A stretch of 64,000 nt of DNA from the NCBI GenBank assembly GCA_045837725.1, contig JBEWZL010000272.1, forward strand, positions 1-64,000, read 5' to 3'. Source of the stretch: Vermamoeba vermiformis (taxonomy: Eukaryota). The notes below the pieces were generated by a model that did no database searches, was not told the DNA's origin, and saw only the letters and a program-made list of their open reading frames with translations. How positions within the stretch are numbered: position 1 is the first letter of the stretch; the number at the start of each line of letters is the position of its first letter. Both the position numbers and the translations under genes were made by a program. Below, one piece after another: positions 12,286-23,669 of this stretch.

Positions 12286-15200
12286 TTAATGTTTATTTTC
12301 AAATTTGAGATACAATTGCCATAATTCACTGTCTGACTTTGGCATAAACCCCCCACGCTTCTTTGCTGAACGCGTTTCATCGAACAAACCAGTTTCAAGA
12401 ATTTTGTCACGTAAACTTCCTTGTGAGTACCTTGGTTTCTTGGCCTTGCTTCCTGGGTGTGATATCAAGTGAAACAAACAGTGCAGGGCCAACTCTTTTT
12501 TTGCTGAAAACTTGCTGAAGTGAGGGTTATTGTAGACAACAGTGTGCACCAAAGCGCGGTAAAACGTGAAGTCAAATATTGGCTGATCTCCAAAAAGGCT
12601 GATTGTTTGATCATCTGTCAGTGTTTCGAGTTTAGTTGTGGAATCATTGTAACAATAACACCAAACTAAAGTTGAGCTATCGTTCATGCGATGCGTCCAA
12701 AAATGGTTGATGCCAGGGTAAGGCAAAATCCTCAAATCAAGCTTTGTTATTTGTTTTGCTAATTGTATCTTGATGAGCTGCTCACTAAGATAAGGAATAC
12801 GGCTATCTGCCTGAGGGCAAACTAATTTTGCTTGTTTGTTCATCTCGGGAATGACTTCTTCACGTATTGATTTCCATGCTTTCAAATAGTGAAGGCTGTG
12901 AGAATTGAAACTTTGTGGTCCAGAGTAACTGCAAATCAAATTAATGAACTTCATTGGGGTGATGCTGCTGTAATCCACGATGTGTTGCACTTTGGATCCA
13001 GGGAAACAAGGCATTGTTTCTTTGCTGGCAGCAACACTGAGCCATGTGTTATTTTCTGCACCAATAATTGACGAAATATCTTTCCATAGCAAATTGAGCA
13101 GGTTGGCAGCGATAGTTTGCAATTCAGATTCAGGCATTGATATGTTTGAAATATTTTGGGGATTGGCAATAACAATGGTCATTCTTTGAAGCACAGTTGG
13201 TAGTGCATCCCACATCTTATCAGGTAGAAGTAGTCGCAGGTACTTTCTAGGCAGAGGGAAGCATCTAGCTCCAATGACAGGGCTTGGATCAATGGCACCA
13301 ATTGCATCATCACCGTCTTGAGGGTCATTTAGCATATCAATGAAGTCTCGTTGAGGGTAAGGTGACTTTAGAACACTGTACTGGACAGGATCTGCAATCG
13401 TTATCATTTCAGGGGCAATGTAGAAGTGACCATATTCATTCAAAGCTTGCGCCATGTTCATTTCAGAAAATAAAGCAGGGTGCTTCAAAAGGGAAACAAA
13501 TCCACACCAAAGAAATCGCAAGCAGTCCTCCAGAATTATTGCAAGTCGTTGTAAGCCCTCTGAGAAGAAATCTGCACAAGCAAGAGCATTTCTTGTTCCT
13601 TTAAATCAGTCAGCACTTAAGCTACTGCCTAAAAAAAAATATTAACTTACCATCAGGCATGAATACTGAAGAATAGATGGAGAATAAGAAGGAGTCAATG
13701 GCAGTATACTGGATTTTTGCTGGAAGGACAACGCTTTTTGATGGGATGACTTGCAACGGACTAAATTGAATGCACCACTCTGGGATTTGCTTTTCTGCTA
13801 TCAATTCCGAGAGCCAGTTGTGCACATTAATAAATTCCTTTGCTGTTGATTGAAGGAAATCATAGACGTCCTCAATTCTCTCCTGTGATGGATCTGCCAA
13901 CGTCACTTCAAGACGGCAACCATAGTTCTTGGAAGCTATGTTGCTGAGATATAAATTGGCTATGTCTTTTTCTTCTCGAGCAAACAGTTGTTCAGATTGA
14001 CCTTTCAACTTCTGACGCAAATGTGATGGAAATTCAGTGTTCTCTGGGCATGAGGCATTTACTCTTTCAAAGGGAAATAGCAGAGTAGCATATGAACTTT
14101 GACTCATGGGCATGTTGTATCTGAATTCTTGGCTGCTTCTTGCATAGGCTTTGATTTCTGAAATTGGTGATTCTTTTGACTTATGTTTCACATCCAAGCT
14201 CTGCAGTAATGGAGATCCCAAGTTCGAGAAGCTAGTGTTATGTTGACCTGGATTCTTTTTGTTGTACAACCAACAGAGAGGGGATGTAGAGATCTTCTTC
14301 AAGCTTTCGAGAAACAAAGGATTCCATGAAATGTTTAAGCAACTGTCATTTTCCAGCTCAGGATCAGGGCTAAAAGAACATATTAGCTTTTTGTCTATCT
14401 TACAAACACGTTGCTTACAAAATATCAAATGCCAAGTCTTGCAGGTAATGCAAATCAGATAGCTTTACTCGATCTATCTCAAAGGAAGCAGATAGATCTC
14501 TTAAGAATGCAGTGGCATCTTCTTTACTATGCAGAGTTTCTTTATCACCATAAATCTGCGTGACAAAAAGAACTTCAACTCTGTTACCAATAATTTAGCA
14601 AAAGGGCAATATATTCGCAAGCTAGAACTCACTTTTTTGCCTTCCATTTGAAATTTTTAACAGCTGCATCAATAGCTTGATAAACTCCTGCATGAATTGC
14701 AGTAGAGAAGCCAGGCACACCAGCAGCAAAAGCGATGTCAACTTTATCAGCAGTTACTTTTGGTGCTGTTGTTGGAACAGCCAATTTGACCGAATTAATT
14801 GCTGCGTTAAAACATTATTCTATACTCTAGCTGGTTGCAGGCACTTACACTGCCATATAACTTCGTGCCAAAAAGAGCGGAGGAAATCCTGATCATAATC
14901 TTCATGGCTCAATGCAGGAAAGCACACCCATATTATAAACCTGTTTTTAACCTCCCTACCAAACATTAACATTGTTATTATTAATTCAACCATGCAAGCA
15001 TTAACATACCCAAGCTTGAAATTTAATTTCGAGGACAATAGACCTTGCTTCACAGTTACTTTGGAACTGGGCATCCTTAAGTTTGGCTTTGGATAAAGGC
15101 ACACTGACATTTTTTCTTTGACGAAGGAAAGCTTTGAAGAATACAGAACTGTTGCATCAGCATCAAGTTGGCTGTAAACAGTGACTGGAGTTTTGATGTA

Positions 15201-16326
15201 TGGTAAGCCAAAGAAACTGCCATCATCACTAATCCAGGTTCTAATATCATTTTGGTAATCCAATGCCTCTGCAGCCTAAAACATGAATTAAGTCAAAAAA
15301 CCTTTAAAACTATTTAGTACCTCTAGAGACGTCACCATATGGTGATGTTCCAAAGTGTAGACTGAAGGAGGCCAAGTTGTTGGAGGAATAAACTCTTTAA
15401 GCATCTCTACACGTGCAACCTCATCATCACTAGCATAGCCTCCATCATCATTTTGTACCCTTGAAGGTGCTGTTATTTACTTGGCTTGACATGTAGTTTA
15501 ACACTTACAGTATTAAAGGCACCAATGCATCCATCAACGCCTCTTTTGAGTGGAATGCCTTGTTTGCCCAGTCTAAAAACATAGGAACATCATGCACAGG
15601 ATTATCCTTCTCTGTTTCCAAAGCTGGAAGGGCAGCCTGCTTGCTAAATGCTTTGTTTTGGTCACTGCCAGCAGATCTCTCCTCAGCGTCAGATTCCTTG
15701 CTTACTCTGCGTCCTGCCGGTGCTATTAATGGGTAGCATATTGAGGATTGGCTTTGACTGCAAGAGGAGCCTTTAGGATCATCATTACTTTCATCGGAGA
15801 AGATGGTGCTTGCAGATCGGATCGAAACATCATCAACAAAAAAATCAGTGGAAATATTGCTGCTGTCACTAAATATGGTGCTCGCAGAGCTGTCCTCTGG
15901 ATTGCTATCAAAACTAGCCACCTACAAAGCAAGGATAAGTAACTGAAACTTAATAAAGTTGATAAAATTCTACCACAGAAGATTTTATTAATTTTATCGA
16001 AGGAAATTTCACCTTTGTCTCTGGCTCAGTTTGCTGTGTGTCTATCTGGATAGCTTTCTGTTAATATTTCTTGTTGCAGCTACTACAAAGATAAAAAAAA
16101 ACTTTTTCCAATTACTGCCTACCTCACTAAATATCGTGCTTGTTGAACTTTCGTCTTGATTGGTACCACTAGCAGCTTGCTACAATGCAGAGGTAAGTAA
16201 TTGAGACTAAGGAAATCTCCCAAGATTAAAATTAATAAAATCTACTGCGGTAGATTTTTGTAGCTGACCTCTCTTTCGATGCGAAGGCGTGCAATGCGTT
16301 CCACCAAGCTTTCAAATGGCTCGTCC
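12286..16326 (-). CDS. Large spliced protein with Rep_trans-like motifs (element B gene Y); exact start uncertain (~16326-16383)
   Basis: ORFs 15505..15921, 14820..15263, 13622..14428 and 12286..13521 linked by introns. Motifs: QLDAD, LQDLAFDI (14424-14438), EIKAYARSSQEFR (Tyr 14144-14146), YGCRLEVTL (RLE 13907-13915). C-terminal KKELALHCLFHL matches KTELRTVCIFHL of copy A. Confidence 0.7.
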
Positions 16327-16382
16327 TATTAAAAAAAATAATAAGCAAACAGAGATATTAAAAATTTTGCATTACTTGCACA

Positions 16383-18437
16383 TTAACAATTTTCTGGATG
16401 CGTCCAAAAGCTGGGACTAAAGTTAATCTGTTCTAAATGCTTAAAAACATCCTCAACTTGATGGGGTTGCACAAAGTAACGTGCTAAGAATGAATAGGAC
16501 AGTGAAGAGAACAGCAAAATAGGTCTTTTCTCACAGACAGCGTAAAACCTAGTTAGCTGGTTCTTCCAGTGCCTGAATACATCCTTTCCTTGTGTTACTT
16601 TCGATATTGCAGCAAGAATTTCAGAGTCATGACCACTGAAGACGCGTTTATACTTGAGATCATTGACGGTGGTTTTGAAGAAATCCAAAAGTGCAGCATT
16701 TACTGCAGGTTTAATCTCCTTAGCAACTTCATTGTTGATCTCTTCTGCATTTTGACGGTTTTCCACTGCCTTTGCTTCATTTTCAATTGTTTTCTTGCTG
16801 GTAAGCTTTGCAGTCAATTGAGTGTGGAAGTCTTTTGCCTTCTCATGAATGATCCAACCGATTGCAAAGAGTCTTAGTTTCTTTGCTGCAAGAATTTCAT
16901 GCTCAACCTTGCAAGCACCATGTGATTTTTCAAGAACACCTGCAAGAAATTCATTGATTTTCACTTCTGTGGACAGCTCATCTTTCAAGAACTTGTTCTT
17001 ATCCGTGGATTTGAATAGATTATGGAGAAGATCAGGAGAAAATGCCAGAGTTTCAGCTTTCTCTGCATCAATGGTCAGTTTATCCTTGCCTTTCATTACT
17101 TGAGCATAAAGCGACTTGGCAAACACAGCTGATTTCAGCTGTTTTACTTGCTCTGCATTGAGAAGGTTGTTTGTTGCTGCAGATAGGATACTATCTGCTT
17201 CTTCTTCCTCCTTGTTAACAATCTTCTTCACCACAGAAGAGGCTGGAGGCTTTTTTCCACAAGCAACCATAATATCAATGTTCTCATGCGGTAAAAGGTT
17301 AAGGTAAGACTCAGAATACATATTGCCAATTCCAAGCAGCGAATATTTGGCAGATCTCTTCTGAATTCGAAGGTATATGCCAAATTTGGAGAAACTTCGA
17401 AGAATGTCAATAGCAACCTTGGAGGCTCTCTGTGCAACAGTTGCCTCCTCACCTTGGCTCTGAAAGGCTTCAAGGGTAGATAATTTCTGGCTTTGCTTAA
17501 TAATCTCTTCGAGGTGTTGCAATGGCTCGGTCGCGTTATCATGAACAATAGTTGAAGTTTGTCTTCCACTATTATCAATGCCAAAGTCGAGCTGCAGGCC
17601 ATCATCCTCAAGGGCATCATCATCATCCTCCTGAACTGACTCCTGACTTAACTCAATGGTAACTGGACGTTTAGATCTTGCAGCTGCCATTGCATCCAGA
17701 TTCGCCTTTCGCTCAGCAATTTCATCTGTCTTTTGTCTCTTGGATGGAGGCTCGTCATCAGAGGGTTCAGAAGAATCACGAGACCTTTTGCGGGATGTCT
17801 TTTGCTCATTACTAAGTGCAGATTTGCACTCAACAAAGAATTTTTTCATTTCCGCAATGATTTCAGCATGTTTATCAACAAAGTCCTTCTGCAACTTAAA
17901 TTGCTCGACTAAAACATTTGCAATTTGACAATTTTTATCTTTGCACAACATAAATAATGAAGAGTAGCGAACGAGCGAATTTGCACTCATTTTCGCTGCT
18001 TTAACGAGGGATGTAACATCTGAAGGTTTTTGAATATCATCTTCAGCAAGTCTTTTTTTAATTTGAGCTTTTTTGCTCCTTAATTTTGTATATAAATTAT
18101 AAAGAGAATAATTTGACACCAAAGGGGAATTTTTTGACGTGACATCCAGGTAAAAACCCAAGATGGAAAATAAATATACAACTTTAATGGTCTCTTTACA
18201 GTAATATAACTGTAAAATAGGCACAATCGTTGTGGTAAATATATTATCATATAATTTGCTTACTTGGTCAAATGAGTCATCCACATCTGAACTTGTTGAA
18301 GATGCCATCTGCTCGGAGAAGCTTATTTCTTCGCTGGAACTGGAGGACATTGTTGCGTGAGTGTTGAATAATGCTTTGTGTGTGATAATATCAATATAGA
18401 GATACAAACAGGATTGGATTCTAAAAACCCATGACAT
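16383..18437 (-). CDS. Conserved element protein X (copy B), 684-aa ORF, helical/coiled, NLS-like PPSKRQK
   Basis: Uninterrupted ORF (alternative ATG at 18350). C-terminal KKLRLFAIGWII...VFRHWKNQLTRFYAVCEKRPILLFSSLSYSFLARYF is homologous to 5472..6188. Confidence 0.75.
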   Translation of the reverse strand: MSWVFRIQSCLYLYIDIITHKALFNTHATMSSSSSEEISFSEQMASSTSSDVDDSFDQVSKLYDNIFTTTIVPILQLYYCKETIKVVYLFSILGFYLDVTSKNSPLVSNYSLYNLYTKLRSKKAQIKKRLAEDDIQKPSDVTSLVKAAKMSANSLVRYSSLFMLCKDKNCQIANVLVEQFKLQKDFVDKHAEIIAEMKKFFVECKSALSNEQKTSRKRSRDSSEPSDDEPPSKRQKTDEIAERKANLDAMAAARSKRPVTIELSQESVQEDDDDALEDDGLQLDFGIDNSGRQTSTIVHDNATEPLQHLEEIIKQSQKLSTLEAFQSQGEEATVAQRASKVAIDILRSFSKFGIYLRIQKRSAKYSLLGIGNMYSESYLNLLPHENIDIMVACGKKPPASSVVKKIVNKEEEEADSILSAATNNLLNAEQVKQLKSAVFAKSLYAQVMKGKDKLTIDAEKAETLAFSPDLLHNLFKSTDKNKFLKDELSTEVKINEFLAGVLEKSHGACKVEHEILAAKKLRLFAIGWIIHEKAKDFHTQLTAKLTSKKTIENEAKAVENRQNAEEINNEVAKEIKPAVNAALLDFFKTTVNDLKYKRVFSGHDSEILAAISKVTQGKDVFRHWKNQLTRFYAVCEKRPILLFSSLSYSFLARYFVQPHQVEDVFKHLEQINFSPSFWTHPENC

Positions 18438-18637
18438 TTTTGGCGGGTTTATTTTTGGGTGTCAAATTATTAGGTTTTGAGTGTCAAAAGTCCCTTTGTG
18501 GACTAAAAACAGACATAATTAAATGAGAATAGGCCAAATCAGAGTCAATATAGCTGAAAAACTACTATTTATGTAAAACAAAACAAAAACAACAAAAGTG
18601 CCAAAAAAAATGATTGAAGCAGCGTCTCCCTTGGGCT

Positions 18638-21600
18638 TTAGTTCTCTTTTGCCTTCTTTGCTGCAGGCTCTTCATCAGCTTTTGGTGGTGGACGCACTGG
18701 CTTTGTCTTGGGTTTAAGAAGGCGCGTGAGAGGAGCAATACTAGGAGGTGCCAGTTTTGGAGGGGAAAAGATGAAATTTTCTGCTCGTGCTGCCGACTTG
18801 CAGGCTTTGACCAATTCTTCATTAGTAAGACCATGTGCAGCCAATAGTGAGAGTAATTTCCTTGCAAAAATGGTTAATACTTGAAAACATTGCAGCTAAA
18901 ACTTACTCGACAATTTTAATCCAAAAATCAAGATGGACAGTCTGCTTTGAAGAGCAGCACACCTCCACACCCTCAAAGCCCCACTCTGCAGAGCATTCCA
19001 AGCAGCGAGATTCCTGATCTTTTCTGAACAAGAGATGGATAAGAGGAACATAGCACTTGCTGCAATGAACGTATGCAAGGGAAGAAGCAGCAAACTTTGT
19101 TTCAGGAGCAGTGGAAAGATATGCCAACCACTCTGCTAAACAGTGGCCAAACCCGACAGTCTCAGCATTTGCAGGAAGTGCATGGTCCTGCACTTGCAAC
19201 CAAAATAACCACGATCCAAGATCCACAACTGGAGATGCTGTGAATCGCTTGAAAAATGATGTCCAAGGGTAATAACTATACCCAAGGACAGTGGCATTTT
19301 GGTTGATTCCCTCCTGTAAACATTACTCCAGTTAGTAGAGACAAAACAATGTTAACTAATTGCTTACATCAGTGTCAGGGTAGTAAGCAAGCCAAAATGG
19401 GTTAGCAGTAGCAGGGATGTGAAGCACTTCACCAGGCTTAGCAGTAACTATGTTGAAGTTGTTTGCTGGATCATCCTTGGCTTCCTGGGCTGAATTTTTT
19501 GGTAATTAAGAAACAGGCTCCACATAAAATATGTTTAAAACTTACACCAAGGGTTTAATGACTTAGATTCAGCAAAAATGAGCCGCCCATTTGCTGTTCC
19601 TGCATGAAACAAAACAAGTGGAGCTTTGTGTGGCACCATCAAAACTGCTGAAAAGGCATGGAAGTTGAGCCACGTGAATTCATTGACACAACCAGCCAAT
19701 GCACTTGTGTTGGAAGCCATTTGCTGTGGAAGAACACCATGACTCAATGGAGAACCAAAAAAGATTGCTTGGCAGCGCTTGATTAGCATCTCAGGCAGCA
19801 CTTCACCCTCTAATTAGCAAAGGGTGTTAATAATAGTAAAAATAAAGATAATAATTAGTAAACTAAGTACTTACGAGAGACACAGCCAATCCTGGGTTCT
19901 TCACCTGCTGGCACTTCCTTTGTGAACAAAATGCTTTCATTACCCGTGTTCACAAAGGTAACTGCACTTGAAGGCTTGTAACTCTCGTATAATAAACGAG
20001 GAAAGACCTCTGGCTTCACAACACTGGTGTGCTGCAGATTTAAAGCCTGAAAAAAAATAATTAATTGGTTTTTTTCAAATTCATTAACTTAATTATGATT
20101 ACCTCTTCCCACGTTACAACAGCTTTCTCCCCAACTGCATTGACCAGTGTGGTGCACAGGCAATGCACATCAGCCAAAGCCTCCTGTTGGGGTCGAGAAT
20201 ATGCTTTGAAATCTTTTTCTCCTCCCTCAGCAGCAACTTGCTCACCATAGTACATGATGATCTGGGAACCTTCCCCGTAGAAGGTCATGTCATCGAGTTC
20301 AAGGAGACCAATAATCATGTCATTTGCTGTAGAATGAGGTGAGATTAGAAGCAGAGGAAGAAAAGTTTGTTCAAAACTTACGTGAGGCAATGAACCTTTG
20401 AAGGCAGTAAAACACTGCTGCCAAGCGTTTGGTTTTGAGTGGGGGATACTCCTGTACAAGCTAGAATTAGTACGCTGTAAATCTAATGATAAAATCTACT
20501 GCAGAAGATTTTTATAAATTTTATTAAAAGGAAATTTCAATCGCATTTGATTGTTATTTAGCCTCTATTGCTGGCAATATAAATATAAAGAGCTGTATTA
20601 TAAGGCAAACAAATAAAAGAAACAAAAAAAAACTGTTTTGGATCTGGTTTTGGATCTGCACAAACAGGTTTCTATCCTTACCTCAATAATCAGCGAGACT
20701 TTCTCATGCAAGCCTTTGAAACTTGGCTCAGTAAATTCAAAATTGCCAGCCAAGTAGTACGCTGTCGATTCACTAGTGCTGACGAGAATGCTTTTGAATG
20801 GTAAAAGCAATTGGGTGCCCAGTCTTGCTTCAACTTTGAAAAGAAATTAGCCAATATGTATATAGGGTCATTAATAACTTACTAAGAAGCAAGTATTGCC
20901 CCAAAGAGGCAATAAAATCACTTCGCCATGCCTTGTCCACCAAGGATAGAAGCAGCACATCAAGCTTTGCGTCTTTCAACGCTGCTATTGGCAGGGTTTT
21001 TCCTTTGACAGTGAAAATTTTAAGGGCAGGCTTGGCATCCTCTTCAAACAAGTCCACAGAAGCTGATTCGTCATCTTCATCTTGCTTCTGCGCATCTGCT
21101 TTTTTCTGGATTGGGGTGCCTGCTGTGTTGAAACGGCCTGGTTGACCATCATCAGGCTCTTGGCTGTTGTCTTCTGTGTTGGAACTGCCAACATTTTTTT
21201 TAGGTGTTCTTCTGGCACGACCAGGAGTTCCACCATCGTACTTTCTTTTTTTCACTCTCTTTTTTGGAGTTGAGCTGGTCTCTCCAGCTTCAGCTTCCTC
21301 CTCATCATCAACATCTATCGGGGTCCCTGGAGGGGTGTTATTGTTGGCAGGAGGTAGAGTTTGGACTTGTTTTTGCGGAGTCTGTGCATCCACTTGCAGC
21401 TGCTGATTTGTTACTTGTTGATCAGCAACAACCTGCTGTTGCTCCTGGACTGATGGCTGTTGCTCCTGGCGAGTCGCCTGATTTTCCACCGGCTGTTGGA
21501 CTTGTGCAGCAGAAGCTAACTGCTGCTGAGGCTGCACTGCTCCTCCTTGCTGTTGCCCAGCAACTGCTTGTTGCTGAGGCGGAGCAGCAACTTGTTGTTC

Positions 21601-23097
21601 CTGCTGAGCAGCCACAGGAACTGCAGGATTTTCTGCAGCCAGTTGCTGCAGCTCAAGTTCAGAAAAAGTGAAGTTGTCCATCTTCTTTTCCCATGCAGAC
21701 CAACTTAACTGTTGGTCAACTCGAATTTGGCACAGTTTCCTTTTAAATGCAGCAAGGTCTTTGCCTTGTGCCTCCTATGTGCGAATCATTCAGTTTTTTT
21801 TTTAATAATTTAAAATTGAAAAGGAACTCACCAGCGCATTGTAATGCTTGCGAAGCTTGTCAAAGGCCTTCACCGCATGATCAACAAACAATTCAGCCAT
21901 AATGCTAACATTTTGGGCTGAATTAACATCAGCACCTAAAAAAAAGATTTAGAATGGTGAAATACCTCACACTATTTGCTTACGTTTGTGGTGAACCTCC
22001 TGCCACTGTGCTTGCTGTCGCTCCATGAAAATCTTCTGATCTTTCCTTGGCAATTTTGCCAAGCACTGCAGGTCAGTTTTCAGAAAAGGGCTAAAAGAAT
22101 ATGTTATTCTTAGTTTTAGAGGTTTAATATTGGTTATTACTTACACTTGGAAGAACTTTTTCCTTGCCTCATGGTTGGCATGGTAAGTTGAAAGCTCTTT
22201 GAGGACATTATAATCCAACGACCTCAGCTGCCATTCAACATCTTTTAACAAATGGTTAAAAAAGATCTAATTAAAACAAAAATCAACTTACCATGAAGTT
22301 TGCGACCAGCAATAGCATCCCAATAGTTTTTGGTTCGATTGCCTGCGAACCAATTATCTTGGGTATCCCCATAAGCTTCATGAGCCAAATGCTGCACCTG
22401 GAGGATCTTTTCCAGGTAGGACATCTTACGCACAGTCTGTTCTTTAGACTGGATGCTGTGTCCTTCAGCTCGCATCTCCACCTCGGAGTCAAAAGCATAA
22501 AGAAGGATTTGATGCTCCAAATTCTTCTTGTGCAGATCACACAAGTAAATCAGAGCTTCAAATCGATGCTGACCTACAATAAACTGTTAATAACCTAAAT
22601 AAAGCAAAAAAAACAACTACTTTTACTTACCTGCGAAGATGGCAACCTTTTTTATCTTGCCATTTGTCACAATGACACCATGGAGGGATCCTTGGTTCGA
22701 ATCCCAACCATGCTTCTCTATTTTGTTGATCACTCGATTGAGACCAACACGGTTTAGAGTGCGGATGTTGAACCTAACACGAAAGGAAATTAGAGTCAAT
22801 AATATATTTAAACTGACAATACTTACGCTCTACCAACAATAACTGACTCCTTCTTATTTAGTGGGTGGCAGCTTTGCGTGATGGTGAAGCGTCTGAGGTG
22901 GTTTTTGCACACTGCTGCGCCATCATCAATTATTGACGTGGGGATGCTACAAGGGATTAGTTAGGCTTGAAAACAATAGATTGGAGTTACTTACGAGTAC
23001 TGTGCCTTCTCTTTGCAGTCTGGGACGCAGCAATTTGCCTTGTTGAAGACCTTGGGATTTGCCTTGAGTTCGGCACACGTGACCATTTTCCACTCAT
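18638..23097 (-). CDS. Multidomain protein: C3H zinc finger, ParB/Srx-like domain, Gln-rich linker, degenerate JmjC/cupin, C4 zinc finger
   Basis: Manual splicing of ~16 exons stays in frame from MSGKMVTC (23097) to the stop at 18638. Reads CCVPDC..CKNH; FNIRTLNRVGLNRVINKIEKHGWD..VAIFAG|QHRFEAL; RKMSYLEKI; LAKLPRKDQ; AKPGEVLHIPA..FW; CSKCYVPLIHLLF..CLEC. Confidence 0.7.
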
Positions 23098-23669
23098 TAG
23101 AGAGTTGGTGTGACTATTTAAAAAGCTATTAATTTATATGTAAAAATATATAGGGAATATTGTTTAATTAAAATACATTGAATTAGGAGGAGCTGTGAAA
23201 AGAAAAAAGTCAAATCTGACACAAAAAAATTAAATTGCAATTTTACCCTCCAAAATAACCTTGTAAAGGTTAAAATATTATTATTAAAATTATTACATAG
23301 TTAAATTAATTATTTGAGCAATACTTACCAGAACATTCTGTTTCCAATACTGATCTGAGATCTCCACGTAAGATCTCTGTTGACTTTGCACAGCAGCTGC
23401 AAGGTCTGCTGACATAACACGTATATTTGTGTTACTCATGATAACAGCAAAATATTGAAATGAAATAGAACCGTTGGAAAAAAGATTTTGTTTGGTTGTG
23501 AAATCTCCCTAGAGAGAAAAAATTATTCTGGGGAGATTTTGTCAACCTTCTGCAACAGTTATACCCCCCTTATATTGACTCAGTTGTGTGGGTTTTCACT
23601 CTCAAACCTTTTCACTAATTTTGCACATTGCAGTCAGCAGGGCCATTGTGCAACCTGCATCCAGAATAC

